From a virus, in IMG/VR virus record IMGVR_UViG_3300012936_000001, positions 1-64,000 of that record: a stretch of 64,000 nucleotides of DNA. One strand, 5' to 3'. Numbering within the stretch: position 1 is the stretch's first letter; each line of letters begins with the position of its first letter. The notes under the pieces were generated by a model. That model was given only the letters and a program-made list of their open reading frames with translations, was not told the DNA's origin and did not search any database. Position numbers and translations under genes: made by a program. Of this stretch, positions 39,441 through 48,542 are shown one piece after another.

Positions 39441-41781
39441 TGTTCTTAAAATAAAAAAAGGAGAACAATCATTTTTGTTTTTATCTAGAGGCGGATTGAT
39501 AGTACTCGATATTCAGGTAGATTACAGTCAGATTATGCCGGGTGTTCAGCCCACGGTACAAATACAGACTGTATTTATTTCAGAAAAATTTGGAAACTTA
39601 GCAAACTCAACTCTTGCAGTTGGAACTCCGACACCACAGGAAAATAAATTAGTAGCCTTCTCCGTTCCTGGTCAAAAAAAGATCTTAGAAGAAGGAATTT
39701 TAACTGCTGACTTTTCGAACTATATAAAAATAGAGGAACTTTCTAAGCTAGAAAGGTACTATCTAGGAATGCTAAAATTACAAGAAGGAGTATGTAGAGA
39801 TGACCCGAATTTGTTTTCGATAGATGATTTGTCATTTATGCCAAAGAAGTTTATGTTAGCCGCCGATTATAACGGTGGATTAAATAGTTTAGATCAACCG
39901 ACATTTTATTCTCTTTTTGAATGCAGTAAGAACAATGACTGGTTTTCTCAAGTTCCCGGTGCTTTTTTATCTCAAGAAAGAGCAAAAATTATTTCTGTAA
40001 AATTAGAAGAAAAAAATTATTCTATACTAGCAGACTGGGACGAAAACTTAGTAGACGAGTGTGACATAGTCCAAAGAGAAGTCTTAATAAAAACTAGAAT
40101 CGGTCCTGAGCAAATTTTTGTTCCAACAATCAAAACCGGCACGATAACAAGCCCGTCTGATCAACTGATAGAATCGGCAGACGTCTCAAAATATTTTATG
40201 ATTCAGCCTAAAATCGATGGATTTGCAGTAAATAATTTTTTTAAGATAGGAAACCAGGGCACATTTGTCGGCTCTCCGTTCTTAAATCAGCTTGGAATAG
40301 ATGTTTTTATCGACTGCTTTAATTTAGATGGTGTAAATGAATTTGTGGTGTATTATAGATTACTAAACTCATCACAAGACAAAGAATATTCGATAAACAT
40401 TTACGACTCGAATACTTTGATTTATCATGGCGAAATTTCTTCAAGCGGGGATAAAATAATAATATCGGAATACTTGAAAAAACCAAATTTTTTATACGTT
40501 GAAGTTCTTGAAAATAAAAATAAAAAAATATTTCAAAAAGAACTAGTGTCCTATCGATATACTGGAAAAGGATATGGGGGAATATCATTGCGAGACCAAC
40601 GAGAGGCATTCGGCGAATTTGAGTTTGATATAGAACTGAATGTTCGCAGTGAAGATATCTGGACTCCGATAGAAAAATCCCTAGATGATATTGATCTTTC
40701 GAATCCTGCCACCGATGAACAAATAAAAAACGCACAACTTACCTATCAGGTCGTAATAACAAAAATATTTGACGGCAAGTTCTTTGATGAAGAAATTATA
40801 TTCGTAAATAGAAACTCAAACGGCTTTTTTATTGAAGGAGCAGATGGATCGGACTTTGAAATTATAAAAGAAAGCTCCAATAAAAGACTAGTTAAATATA
40901 AAACAAAACTTCCGGCCGGTGGTTCTGTTGTGTTGTTAGCAAACGTCAGAGTCTATCCTGTATCTATGTACCTATATGAGAAAAAAGATTTTTTTCTAGA
41001 ATACATCGACTTGATCGAAAGAGGGAATACGGTTATTCCTAAAAGAAAAAAATTATACTTTAGAGATCATCCTTCTAATGCAATCAAAGTGTCTCCACAT
41101 TTTAACACCGACACTAGAGAAAACGTTAGATTTTTACAAAAAACTGGCACATCTAAAAAAGGAATAGTCTTGTATGAAAATCACGAATCCAGTTACGCAG
41201 CTATTCCGGCTTCTTCGGACCAAAGATTTGAAGAATTAGTGAATATTTCAATTGTACAAAAAAATCTGTATTATGAGTCAAACATAGCTGGGTCGATACA
41301 TCCGCAAGTATTGCCTTATCAAATAATCGACATAGAAGTAGATGACGAATTAAAACCACAAATTACAAAAATAGAATTATATTCTTGTGTCCATGAGAAT
41401 AATGTTGCTCGCAAACTAAGATTAATTGGTAGTTTTATTCCAACAGCTACGATAAGAGCGGTTGATTTTTCTTCAGCTGCGATTATGTATTCGGTACAAA
41501 TTAATCATTCTGAATTGCCTTTCGAGCAAGATAACCCACCCGAAGCCCTTGAGGCTGTAATCGGTGATTCATTTCTCTCAAAAAGAAGAGTATTCAGTCA
41601 GTTCAACCCAACCGATAGACACACCATATCTTATAAGGTAGTCATACAAAGGGACTCAATCGCCACACCAATCGAGGTCGATTCTAGCAAAATTGAACTG
41701 CCATCGATAAGGCTTCCCGAGCCTATTATCTATAACCGTATAGAAAAGATGGGACCATCCTTCGAATTACAGTCGGAATAA
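39433..41781 (+). CDS. Hypothetical protein (tail module)
   Basis: 782-aa ORF overlapping the upstream gene. No motif recognised. Confidence 0.6.
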   Translation: MSSVLKIKKGEQSFLFLSRGGLIVLDIQVDYSQIMPGVQPTVQIQTVFISEKFGNLANSTLAVGTPTPQENKLVAFSVPGQKKILEEGILTADFSNYIKIEELSKLERYYLGMLKLQEGVCRDDPNLFSIDDLSFMPKKFMLAADYNGGLNSLDQPTFYSLFECSKNNDWFSQVPGAFLSQERAKIISVKLEEKNYSILADWDENLVDECDIVQREVLIKTRIGPEQIFVPTIKTGTITSPSDQLIESADVSKYFMIQPKIDGFAVNNFFKIGNQGTFVGSPFLNQLGIDVFIDCFNLDGVNEFVVYYRLLNSSQDKEYSINIYDSNTLIYHGEISSSGDKIIISEYLKKPNFLYVEVLENKNKKIFQKELVSYRYTGKGYGGISLRDQREAFGEFEFDIELNVRSEDIWTPIEKSLDDIDLSNPATDEQIKNAQLTYQVVITKIFDGKFFDEEIIFVNRNSNGFFIEGADGSDFEIIKESSNKRLVKYKTKLPAGGSVVLLANVRVYPVSMYLYEKKDFFLEYIDLIERGNTVIPKRKKLYFRDHPSNAIKVSPHFNTDTRENVRFLQKTGTSKKGIVLYENHESSYAAIPASSDQRFEELVNISIVQKNLYYESNIAGSIHPQVLPYQIIDIEVDDELKPQITKIELYSCVHENNVARKLRLIGSFIPTATIRAVDFSSAAIMYSVQINHSELPFEQDNPPEALEAVIGDSFLSKRRVFSQFNPTDRHTISYKVVIQRDSIATPIEVDSSKIELPSIRLPEPIIYNRIEKMGPSFELQSE

Positions 41782-41793
41782 AAGGAAAATTAA

Positions 41794-44517
41794 ATGCCAA
41801 CAAATATCGAAACAGTAGAAATATCAGGTGATTACGAGTCCATAAGTTCGTTTTCAGCTTTTAAGAAATTGCTAAGAAATATTTTTACGACTCCTGCGCC
41901 AATGTTTGCATTTCTCGATGCTAACAACATATCAAAAGGCAACTTTGATTCTGGTTACATTTCTGGAAACAGAGTATATGTTTCTATAGTGGCGGGTGCT
42001 AGTTATCTTTTTGAAATAAATAATGACTCATACACTGATATAACAAATGTTCCTTTCGTTCCACAAGAGCCGCCAGCCATCGAAGTTCCGTCTACGGGTA
42101 GATTGATAACAAAGATTTCGCCTGTATCTACAAATGTATCGCTGACCTCTGCAACCAACTACATCGTCACTGATCCTATAGAGTCACCTATCATAGAGGA
42201 CGAAACGCTTTCTTCACTAGGGATATATTCCGATCGGCCGGCCCTTTTGTCTGTAATACAGCATGCATATTCAGAGGATTTGTTCGACCTGGTAAAAGAG
42301 TACAGATTGTCAAAGATACAAGAATGCAAAAGCAAAATAGATGGACTAGATTCAAAAATTAGAATCAAGCTACAGGAAGAATACTCGGAAGAAATACAAA
42401 AAGTAAATGATCTTATTGCTTATTCAAATGACTACCTAGATATTAAAGATAGGTTGCGACAAAAAAAGAAAAAATTATTCCGAAGAAAAAAACAATTAAG
42501 GGATCTTGACGAGATAATAGAAAAGTTATCGCAAAAAAACGAGTTAATAAAACTAGAAGACGGCGCTATATTAACAACTCTGAATCCACAGGTTGAGCCA
42601 TCAGCTATAGAGGCTTGGATTCTCCAACAAGGAAATGCAAATCCTCCAGGTATTGAAGTGCCGATAGTGGCCTTGTCGCAGCTCGATGCCCTATTGGAAA
42701 TCCCCGCGGTCAATGAAAATGACGACACAAATACCGTCGGAGATAAAATAAGCAGAATAGACACGATTTTATCATATTTTGACCTTACTAAGATATATAA
42801 TTATTATTATACCGATCCCGCAAAGATACTATCCGAGTACGCTGTCAAATACGAAGCGTTAGAAGTTATAACCGATATTGGACTTACGACGTGGACAGCT
42901 GGGGTTCTTCAAGGCGTCAAAGGTTTTCTCACGTTTCTTGAATATGTTGATAACCAAGGATTGTTTGTGCAAGCCGGCTTTCCAAATTTTGGATCTCTGC
43001 AACTTGACGTCGACGAAATATTTGAAAACAATAATGGAGACGGCCCCGGACATGTCGCAAAAATAGCTGTCTTAGAAAAATTAGAAGGCCTAGTCAAGGA
43101 AAGAAGACAAAACCTAGTAAAAATACTAGAAATTCTAGAACTTGAACTTGAATTACCAAGTACAGACAGAAAAAACCTTGAAGAAAATATACAGTCGTTA
43201 GAAGAAGAAATACAATTTTTAGAAAAGGTAGTTATTGACTTAGACATAACAGGATACACAGGAGTAGAAGAGATCTTTGAACTTTCAGGTTTCGATCTAC
43301 CTAGATTTACTTCGTTCCTGTCCGAACAAGAATTGATTACAATCCAAAGGCAAAAGCAGATGTATCTACCAAATTCTGCCATTGGGTTTCTTCCAAAAAA
43401 AGAACTGCAAGTATATAATGAGGCACAGTGGTATCTCCTAAGGAGATTCGCTGAATTTCTTTCAAATCTAGATAATCCTAGATTGATAACTTTTGGCATA
43501 CCATCAAACGCAGAGGAAGAATTTGGTGACTTAATAGCCGCAGAGATAAGAATAGAGCCAGAAGATCCTGCTCCTGCTGGCACTACTGTAAAATTTGAAG
43601 GGCCTATGTTCCTGTATAGCAAAGATGCCTTCCTAGTTATGAAAGACGATTTTACTACTCAGAAGGTTGATGATTTATTTAACGTGACCAATCTTACCTT
43701 TACTAAGTTTAGAAAGCGACTTTATGATAAGCTTGGAGACTTCTTTTCTAGACATTTCATGAGAAAAACCGGCCCAAAGACGAGGCCTGCTGCCTCTTCT
43801 TTCGTTCCAGGAAGCGTTTTAACTGCTTTCCGCAATAACATTATAGACTTTTATGATGGAAATGGAGAAGAGCCTCCTTTATCAACAGACAACACCGGTT
43901 ACATAACGACGTATAAGAAGCTTCCTAATCATGCCAACTTAACCGGTCACCAACCATTCAGTCAAAAAGCAATATTTGTTAATCACGGAATAGACTTTTT
44001 AACTAAGGAGTTGCAGCGAGTATACGCTGGCATAAACCTAGATGAAGATTCGTTCCCGCTCGATGACGAGTCTCAAAATTTTATTATATCATCAACAGCC
44101 ATAGAGTCGATAGAATCATTGGCTCCGGATGGTTTTGACGGGAATATACCTCTGCCTGAAACATACAGCGAACCTGTTCTTTCGTCTCAATTAGTTTCGC
44201 CCGAATATTCATTAAGAAAGATATGCTCTGATAAAATTTTCTCAAGGACTTTTTCTACTTTTGTAGATGAACAAATGTTTCCCGTAACAACAAGAACCCC
44301 ATCACTATACCAACATCAGGCTTCTGGCCTTTTTGGCACCGCGCCAAAATGGCAGCGTGTTCTAGACGTTAGTAAAATTAAATACAAATCAGGCGCTGAG
44401 TCCGGACAAAACAAGTTCGTGTTTTTTAAGGTGAAAAATAGTTCTAATAATAAAAGAACCGGAAACCTAAAAGTGATTATTTATCATAACGGATCAAACG
44501 GTGTCGGGGTACCATAA
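41794..44517 (+). CDS. Hypothetical protein with coiled-coil segments
   Basis: 907-aa ORF, AAGGA SD, heptad-rich stretches. Confidence 0.6.
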   Translation: MPTNIETVEISGDYESISSFSAFKKLLRNIFTTPAPMFAFLDANNISKGNFDSGYISGNRVYVSIVAGASYLFEINNDSYTDITNVPFVPQEPPAIEVPSTGRLITKISPVSTNVSLTSATNYIVTDPIESPIIEDETLSSLGIYSDRPALLSVIQHAYSEDLFDLVKEYRLSKIQECKSKIDGLDSKIRIKLQEEYSEEIQKVNDLIAYSNDYLDIKDRLRQKKKKLFRRKKQLRDLDEIIEKLSQKNELIKLEDGAILTTLNPQVEPSAIEAWILQQGNANPPGIEVPIVALSQLDALLEIPAVNENDDTNTVGDKISRIDTILSYFDLTKIYNYYYTDPAKILSEYAVKYEALEVITDIGLTTWTAGVLQGVKGFLTFLEYVDNQGLFVQAGFPNFGSLQLDVDEIFENNNGDGPGHVAKIAVLEKLEGLVKERRQNLVKILEILELELELPSTDRKNLEENIQSLEEEIQFLEKVVIDLDITGYTGVEEIFELSGFDLPRFTSFLSEQELITIQRQKQMYLPNSAIGFLPKKELQVYNEAQWYLLRRFAEFLSNLDNPRLITFGIPSNAEEEFGDLIAAEIRIEPEDPAPAGTTVKFEGPMFLYSKDAFLVMKDDFTTQKVDDLFNVTNLTFTKFRKRLYDKLGDFFSRHFMRKTGPKTRPAASSFVPGSVLTAFRNNIIDFYDGNGEEPPLSTDNTGYITTYKKLPNHANLTGHQPFSQKAIFVNHGIDFLTKELQRVYAGINLDEDSFPLDDESQNFIISSTAIESIESLAPDGFDGNIPLPETYSEPVLSSQLVSPEYSLRKICSDKIFSRTFSTFVDEQMFPVTTRTPSLYQHQASGLFGTAPKWQRVLDVSKIKYKSGAESGQNKFVFFKVKNSSNNKRTGNLKVIIYHNGSNGVGVP

Positions 44518-46232
44518 TGCTAATTCCTTCTAATAATTCAGTACACATAAATCCAGAAGGCCCAATTGAAATTATTGGCCAATTTGAATATAATTATTTT
44601 ACGGAAGATGAAAGATCGGACGAACTAAATACGTTTTTTGAAAATCAGTCTGAAAGATATAAAACTTTGATAGGGGAACCTAGAAGAGTTTTACTGAATG
44701 TTACAATGCCCTCTTTTATCAGGCAGCCAACCATATTTACAGTTCCTCCAAATGTTCTAGAAATAATTAACGAATGTTCTGAGAATTTTTTTGAATATTC
44801 AGATGGACAAAATATAGAAAACGCAGATGCTGTATTTTCCGACGCAATCAACTCCGGATTTTTTACATTAAACCTTTTCCCTCAAGATCTCGAACAGAAT
44901 ATCGTTACACAGTTTTCTGAACCTGGAGAACTAACAAAAAACAGGTTAGAGAGATTTTTAGTCGGCAATTACGGAGAAAACTCTGGAGAATCATTGGAGG
45001 CTTCGATAAGAAATTCTGAAAGTTTTGTCCCTGTCATTAATCAATCTTCTGGCACAAAGATAAAATCTTCTTTTGCCCCAATGCAAGATAAATCTCCAAT
45101 TAGTCAATTGTCTATGGATTTTGGAAGCTCTATTGTAAAAGCCTCTCTGAATCCGTTAAATCCATACCTAGATGAGTTGTTGTCAGTCACGCAAGAAACA
45201 GAAAAGTTACAGCAAAACAGCAGAGGGAGCAATCTTACTTCTGTTTTTGAACCGCAAACGCTCGATGATTTTGGGTCTGTTGCAATTCCAAAGGCAAAGG
45301 AATATAACGAAGTTGGAACAACTCAGCAATATCGGCACGAAGGTCTTTGGTTTATCGGATACTTTGTTATAAAACAAGACGTCACGGTTGTTCCGACAAG
45401 AATAGTAAATTATTCTTTTTATTCCTCACTGTCTCTTTCTATTGACATTGACGATCCGTATGTAGCGTATGGCAGAAATTACCGCTACTCTGTTCATGCA
45501 GTGTACGCTAGGGTGACATATTCCGCACTCGGTTATTCTGCATCAACGGTTATATCACAAGACTGTGAGAGGATAGAAATAAAGACAAAAGAATTTATTC
45601 CTCCACTTCCTCCAGAAAATCTTAGAGTTAGAAAAGATGGCCGATCAACCAGGTTATCGTGGCAGAGAAATATAAGAGAAAGACAAGTAGGTGAGAGATT
45701 TGTAAAATCAGATGATACGGCAGCCACCATGGTCTATTTAAGAAACTCGGTCAGTGAGCCATACGAACTAGTTTGTTACGTAATCAATACAAAAATAAAA
45801 AACTATACGATGCCGGCCGAGATCATACCTGAAAACATAATAAAATATTCTGCAGACCCCGATATAGAAATAGGGCTTTCAGAGAATAGAAATTATTACG
45901 TAGCGTTGGCAGAAGTAGACGTGCATGGTAATATTTCAAACCTATCAGAACAAATATTAGTTTACAGAGACAAATTGAGAAATACTTTTATATATGAACT
46001 GACTTCTAAAGCAGGCGCACCTAGGGCTTATCCAAACATGTATTTTGAAGATGTTTTGTTAAAAGATATAATCGATACTGACGACATAAAAGAAATGACG
46101 ATTTTTTATTCGCCAGATCTTCCTCAATATGAAAATGTAAATGACGAAGTTCCTTCTTATAGAATGCAGCTGATAGATATTAATTCACAATTGTCTAAGA
46201 CTATCGATATCAAGGTAAAATTCAAAACCTAA
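44517..46232 (+). CDS. Hypothetical structural protein with an FN3/Ig-like C-terminal region
   Basis: D..VAYGRNYRYSV, PPLPPENLRV...RLSWQ and YYV...VDVHGNISNLS resemble FN3 signatures. Confidence 0.55.
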   Translation: MLIPSNNSVHINPEGPIEIIGQFEYNYFTEDERSDELNTFFENQSERYKTLIGEPRRVLLNVTMPSFIRQPTIFTVPPNVLEIINECSENFFEYSDGQNIENADAVFSDAINSGFFTLNLFPQDLEQNIVTQFSEPGELTKNRLERFLVGNYGENSGESLEASIRNSESFVPVINQSSGTKIKSSFAPMQDKSPISQLSMDFGSSIVKASLNPLNPYLDELLSVTQETEKLQQNSRGSNLTSVFEPQTLDDFGSVAIPKAKEYNEVGTTQQYRHEGLWFIGYFVIKQDVTVVPTRIVNYSFYSSLSLSIDIDDPYVAYGRNYRYSVHAVYARVTYSALGYSASTVISQDCERIEIKTKEFIPPLPPENLRVRKDGRSTRLSWQRNIRERQVGERFVKSDDTAATMVYLRNSVSEPYELVCYVINTKIKNYTMPAEIIPENIIKYSADPDIEIGLSENRNYYVALAEVDVHGNISNLSEQILVYRDKLRNTFIYELTSKAGAPRAYPNMYFEDVLLKDIIDTDDIKEMTIFYSPDLPQYENVNDEVPSYRMQLIDINSQLSKTIDIKVKFKT

Positions 46233-46257
46233 ATACTATTGATAATTTTTGTTAGGC

Positions 46258-46264
46258 ATAATTA
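46258..46264 (+). promoter_or_regulatory. Candidate late promoter ATAATTA
   Basis: 23 nt before ATG 46288. Confidence 0.55.
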
Positions 46265-46287
46265 TGATCATGATTAGGAGATAACAG

Positions 46288-46935
46288 ATGGGATTTTTGA
46301 ACCACAGCACCAATAACATAGTTATTGATGCAGTATTAACAAATGAAGGAAGGAATGCTATAGCTGAGGGCGGTCTTGACATTACAAAATTTGCTTTATC
46401 TGATGACGAAGTAGATTATACAATTATAAAAAAATACGGAAGAATTGTTGGAAAAGAAAAAATAGAAAAAAATACTCCAATATTCGAAGCATCAACGGCG
46501 GCTGATCTAGGATTAAAATATTTTCTCAACAACGGAGATACGGAGCAGGTTGGTCAAATATTGCAAACTTTTACTTTGGCGCTCTCCTCCGGGGATGGTA
46601 TTACTGCCGGTAATAATATTGCTTATAATCAAAATTCTTCAAGCGGAAATACAACAAACACGTTTCAGATTCGTATTGACGCAACTGGAGTCCTTTCAGA
46701 GACACTTACAAACGTCGCACTAATCGAAGACGGCTATGAATTTCAATTTAGCAGCACCTTTTTATCACATGACGGTTCGTCTAGCATGCCGGCCCAGTTT
46801 GGAATAAAAGCAGCCGCAAAAAATCTGCCCGCGTATCATAATGCCAATCAAAAATTGGTTCTTCCAATAACGATAAAAAATCAAAATGGATTTGAACAGA
46901 CAATCTTTATAACAATCGACCCGTTCGCAGCATAG
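46288..46935 (+). CDS. Virion structural protein
   Basis: MGFLNHS..NIVIDAVLTNEGRNAIAEG.LDITKFALSDDEVDY...IEKNTPIFEA. AGGAG SD. Confidence 0.65.
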   Translation: MGFLNHSTNNIVIDAVLTNEGRNAIAEGGLDITKFALSDDEVDYTIIKKYGRIVGKEKIEKNTPIFEASTAADLGLKYFLNNGDTEQVGQILQTFTLALSSGDGITAGNNIAYNQNSSSGNTTNTFQIRIDATGVLSETLTNVALIEDGYEFQFSSTFLSHDGSSSMPAQFGIKAAAKNLPAYHNANQKLVLPITIKNQNGFEQTIFITIDPFAA

Positions 46936-46944
46936 GAAACAAAA

Positions 46945-48531
46945 ATGGCCATAATAACTAAAACTGTAAATACTACAACTGCAAAACCGTCTAATTTAAA
47001 TCAATTGATAGATGTTGTGCAAGAAGACGTGTCGTCATCAGTTTCTAGAAAAAAATATCAAGTATTCGTTACCGGTGGTATAGGGCCGGGAATTACTTCC
47101 TCTCTTTATCAGACAGTATTCGATCAAGATTTTTCGCTCCAAACAGCAAACCCTATTATGGACATGACCATCGGGTTATTTTGGAACGAACATTTCACGG
47201 CAACCAGTCCAACCGACGCCAATGGAAAATCCTCTACAGCCAACATCGTGTCAACAGCACCAGGATTTTCAACTTCTGGTGATAGTGGAGCAAAGAGATT
47301 GTCTTTTGCAAAGAATGCAGTGATGATGCGCGAAAAAGTAAATAACTATCGTCAAATGGCTGCGCACCTCTTAGGAAACGCTGATCTTTGTTTTTCTCTT
47401 GCAGATAATACATGGCCTGGGGCAACTTCTACGAACGACATAAGTTCATTGTCGACAACCAACAGTTTATCAAATGGGACCGGGCTAGGAGCCATTATTC
47501 ATGAAGCTCTATTTATTAACATAAAAAGACTTTTTGCACGAGATGGCATAAGAAAAGAAACTTTTGCAATGCGAGTACACAGATCGGCTTCTCTTACTGG
47601 ATTTGACGATCTTGTAACTGCAGATTCGGACGGTATACAAAGAAATCATTTTTCCAGTTTTTATCACGCCGGTGTACTACAATCTTCGGTTCAAGTACAT
47701 CCAGATCTCGCTGGTCTTGATGGATATGCGGCAAACTTTCCAGTTGTAACTGGATCAAATGTTAGTTATCTTTCTGATGAAATGGCAGCAGGGACTTTTA
47801 TGCCGTTCCTGCCAGATATTATCGCCGATATAGGAGCTCAACAAAATCTACGAGTTTCAAAGGCGGGTGATGTGGCAAGAATTCTGACCGCAAATGGTCA
47901 AGACCCGGTAGGTCTTTTATTCTATGAGGCAGGTGTGGCTGTATTTGATATGCGAAAGTTATTCTGGTCAGATCAACATGTATATGGTCGTATTGACGCT
48001 ATGACAGCAACAACAATGGCTAATACAGTGTACAAGCAAGGCAACACAGCCAACGCTGGAGATTTTGGTACGATACCAGCTGGCCAGACTGTAATAGGTT
48101 GCGATGGCACCGCGGCTTATAACCTGGGAAGTGGTGTTGAAAATACGCAGGCCAAGTTTATACCTGACTTCTTAGTATCTGCGTCCATAGATAACATTGT
48201 TGACCATATTGCAAAAGTAAGATTCGGCTCTGGTTCCCTAACTGCGATGGCATTCCAGAATCAAACCAAGATTCAGTCAAACATATACTTCTGCAGAGCC
48301 GAAGCCTCAGAATTTAATTTTAGCGGCAATCCTACTTTTACTGACTCAACGGGTAAGATAAATACCCTTGAAAATGTCACGGTAGATTCTACAGAAACTA
48401 GCTTTACTTTTATCACTGGTGTTGGTCTAATGAACGATGCAGGCGACCTCCTAGCTGTTGCAAAATTAAACAGACCTATAGAAAAGAACGATGAGACGGA
48501 ATTGACCTTGAGGATCCGCCTTGACTTCTAA
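46945..48531 (+). CDS. Virion structural protein with a C-terminal collar-like motif
   Basis: YFCRA..SEFNFS.NPTF...FITGVGLMNDAGDLLAVAKLNRPIEK...RIRLDF. Confidence 0.65.
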   Translation: MAIITKTVNTTTAKPSNLNQLIDVVQEDVSSSVSRKKYQVFVTGGIGPGITSSLYQTVFDQDFSLQTANPIMDMTIGLFWNEHFTATSPTDANGKSSTANIVSTAPGFSTSGDSGAKRLSFAKNAVMMREKVNNYRQMAAHLLGNADLCFSLADNTWPGATSTNDISSLSTTNSLSNGTGLGAIIHEALFINIKRLFARDGIRKETFAMRVHRSASLTGFDDLVTADSDGIQRNHFSSFYHAGVLQSSVQVHPDLAGLDGYAANFPVVTGSNVSYLSDEMAAGTFMPFLPDIIADIGAQQNLRVSKAGDVARILTANGQDPVGLLFYEAGVAVFDMRKLFWSDQHVYGRIDAMTATTMANTVYKQGNTANAGDFGTIPAGQTVIGCDGTAAYNLGSGVENTQAKFIPDFLVSASIDNIVDHIAKVRFGSGSLTAMAFQNQTKIQSNIYFCRAEASEFNFSGNPTFTDSTGKINTLENVTVDSTETSFTFITGVGLMNDAGDLLAVAKLNRPIEKNDETELTLRIRLDF

Positions 48532-48542
48532 GGAGATCCGAA

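Noticed and set aside
42909-43622. 237-aa minus-strand ORF and other antisense ORFs (16262-16870, 29181-29702, 11928-12401, 35149-35580)
   Set aside because: They lie wholly opposite convincing + strand genes, show no motifs, and are the expected shadows of codon bias.
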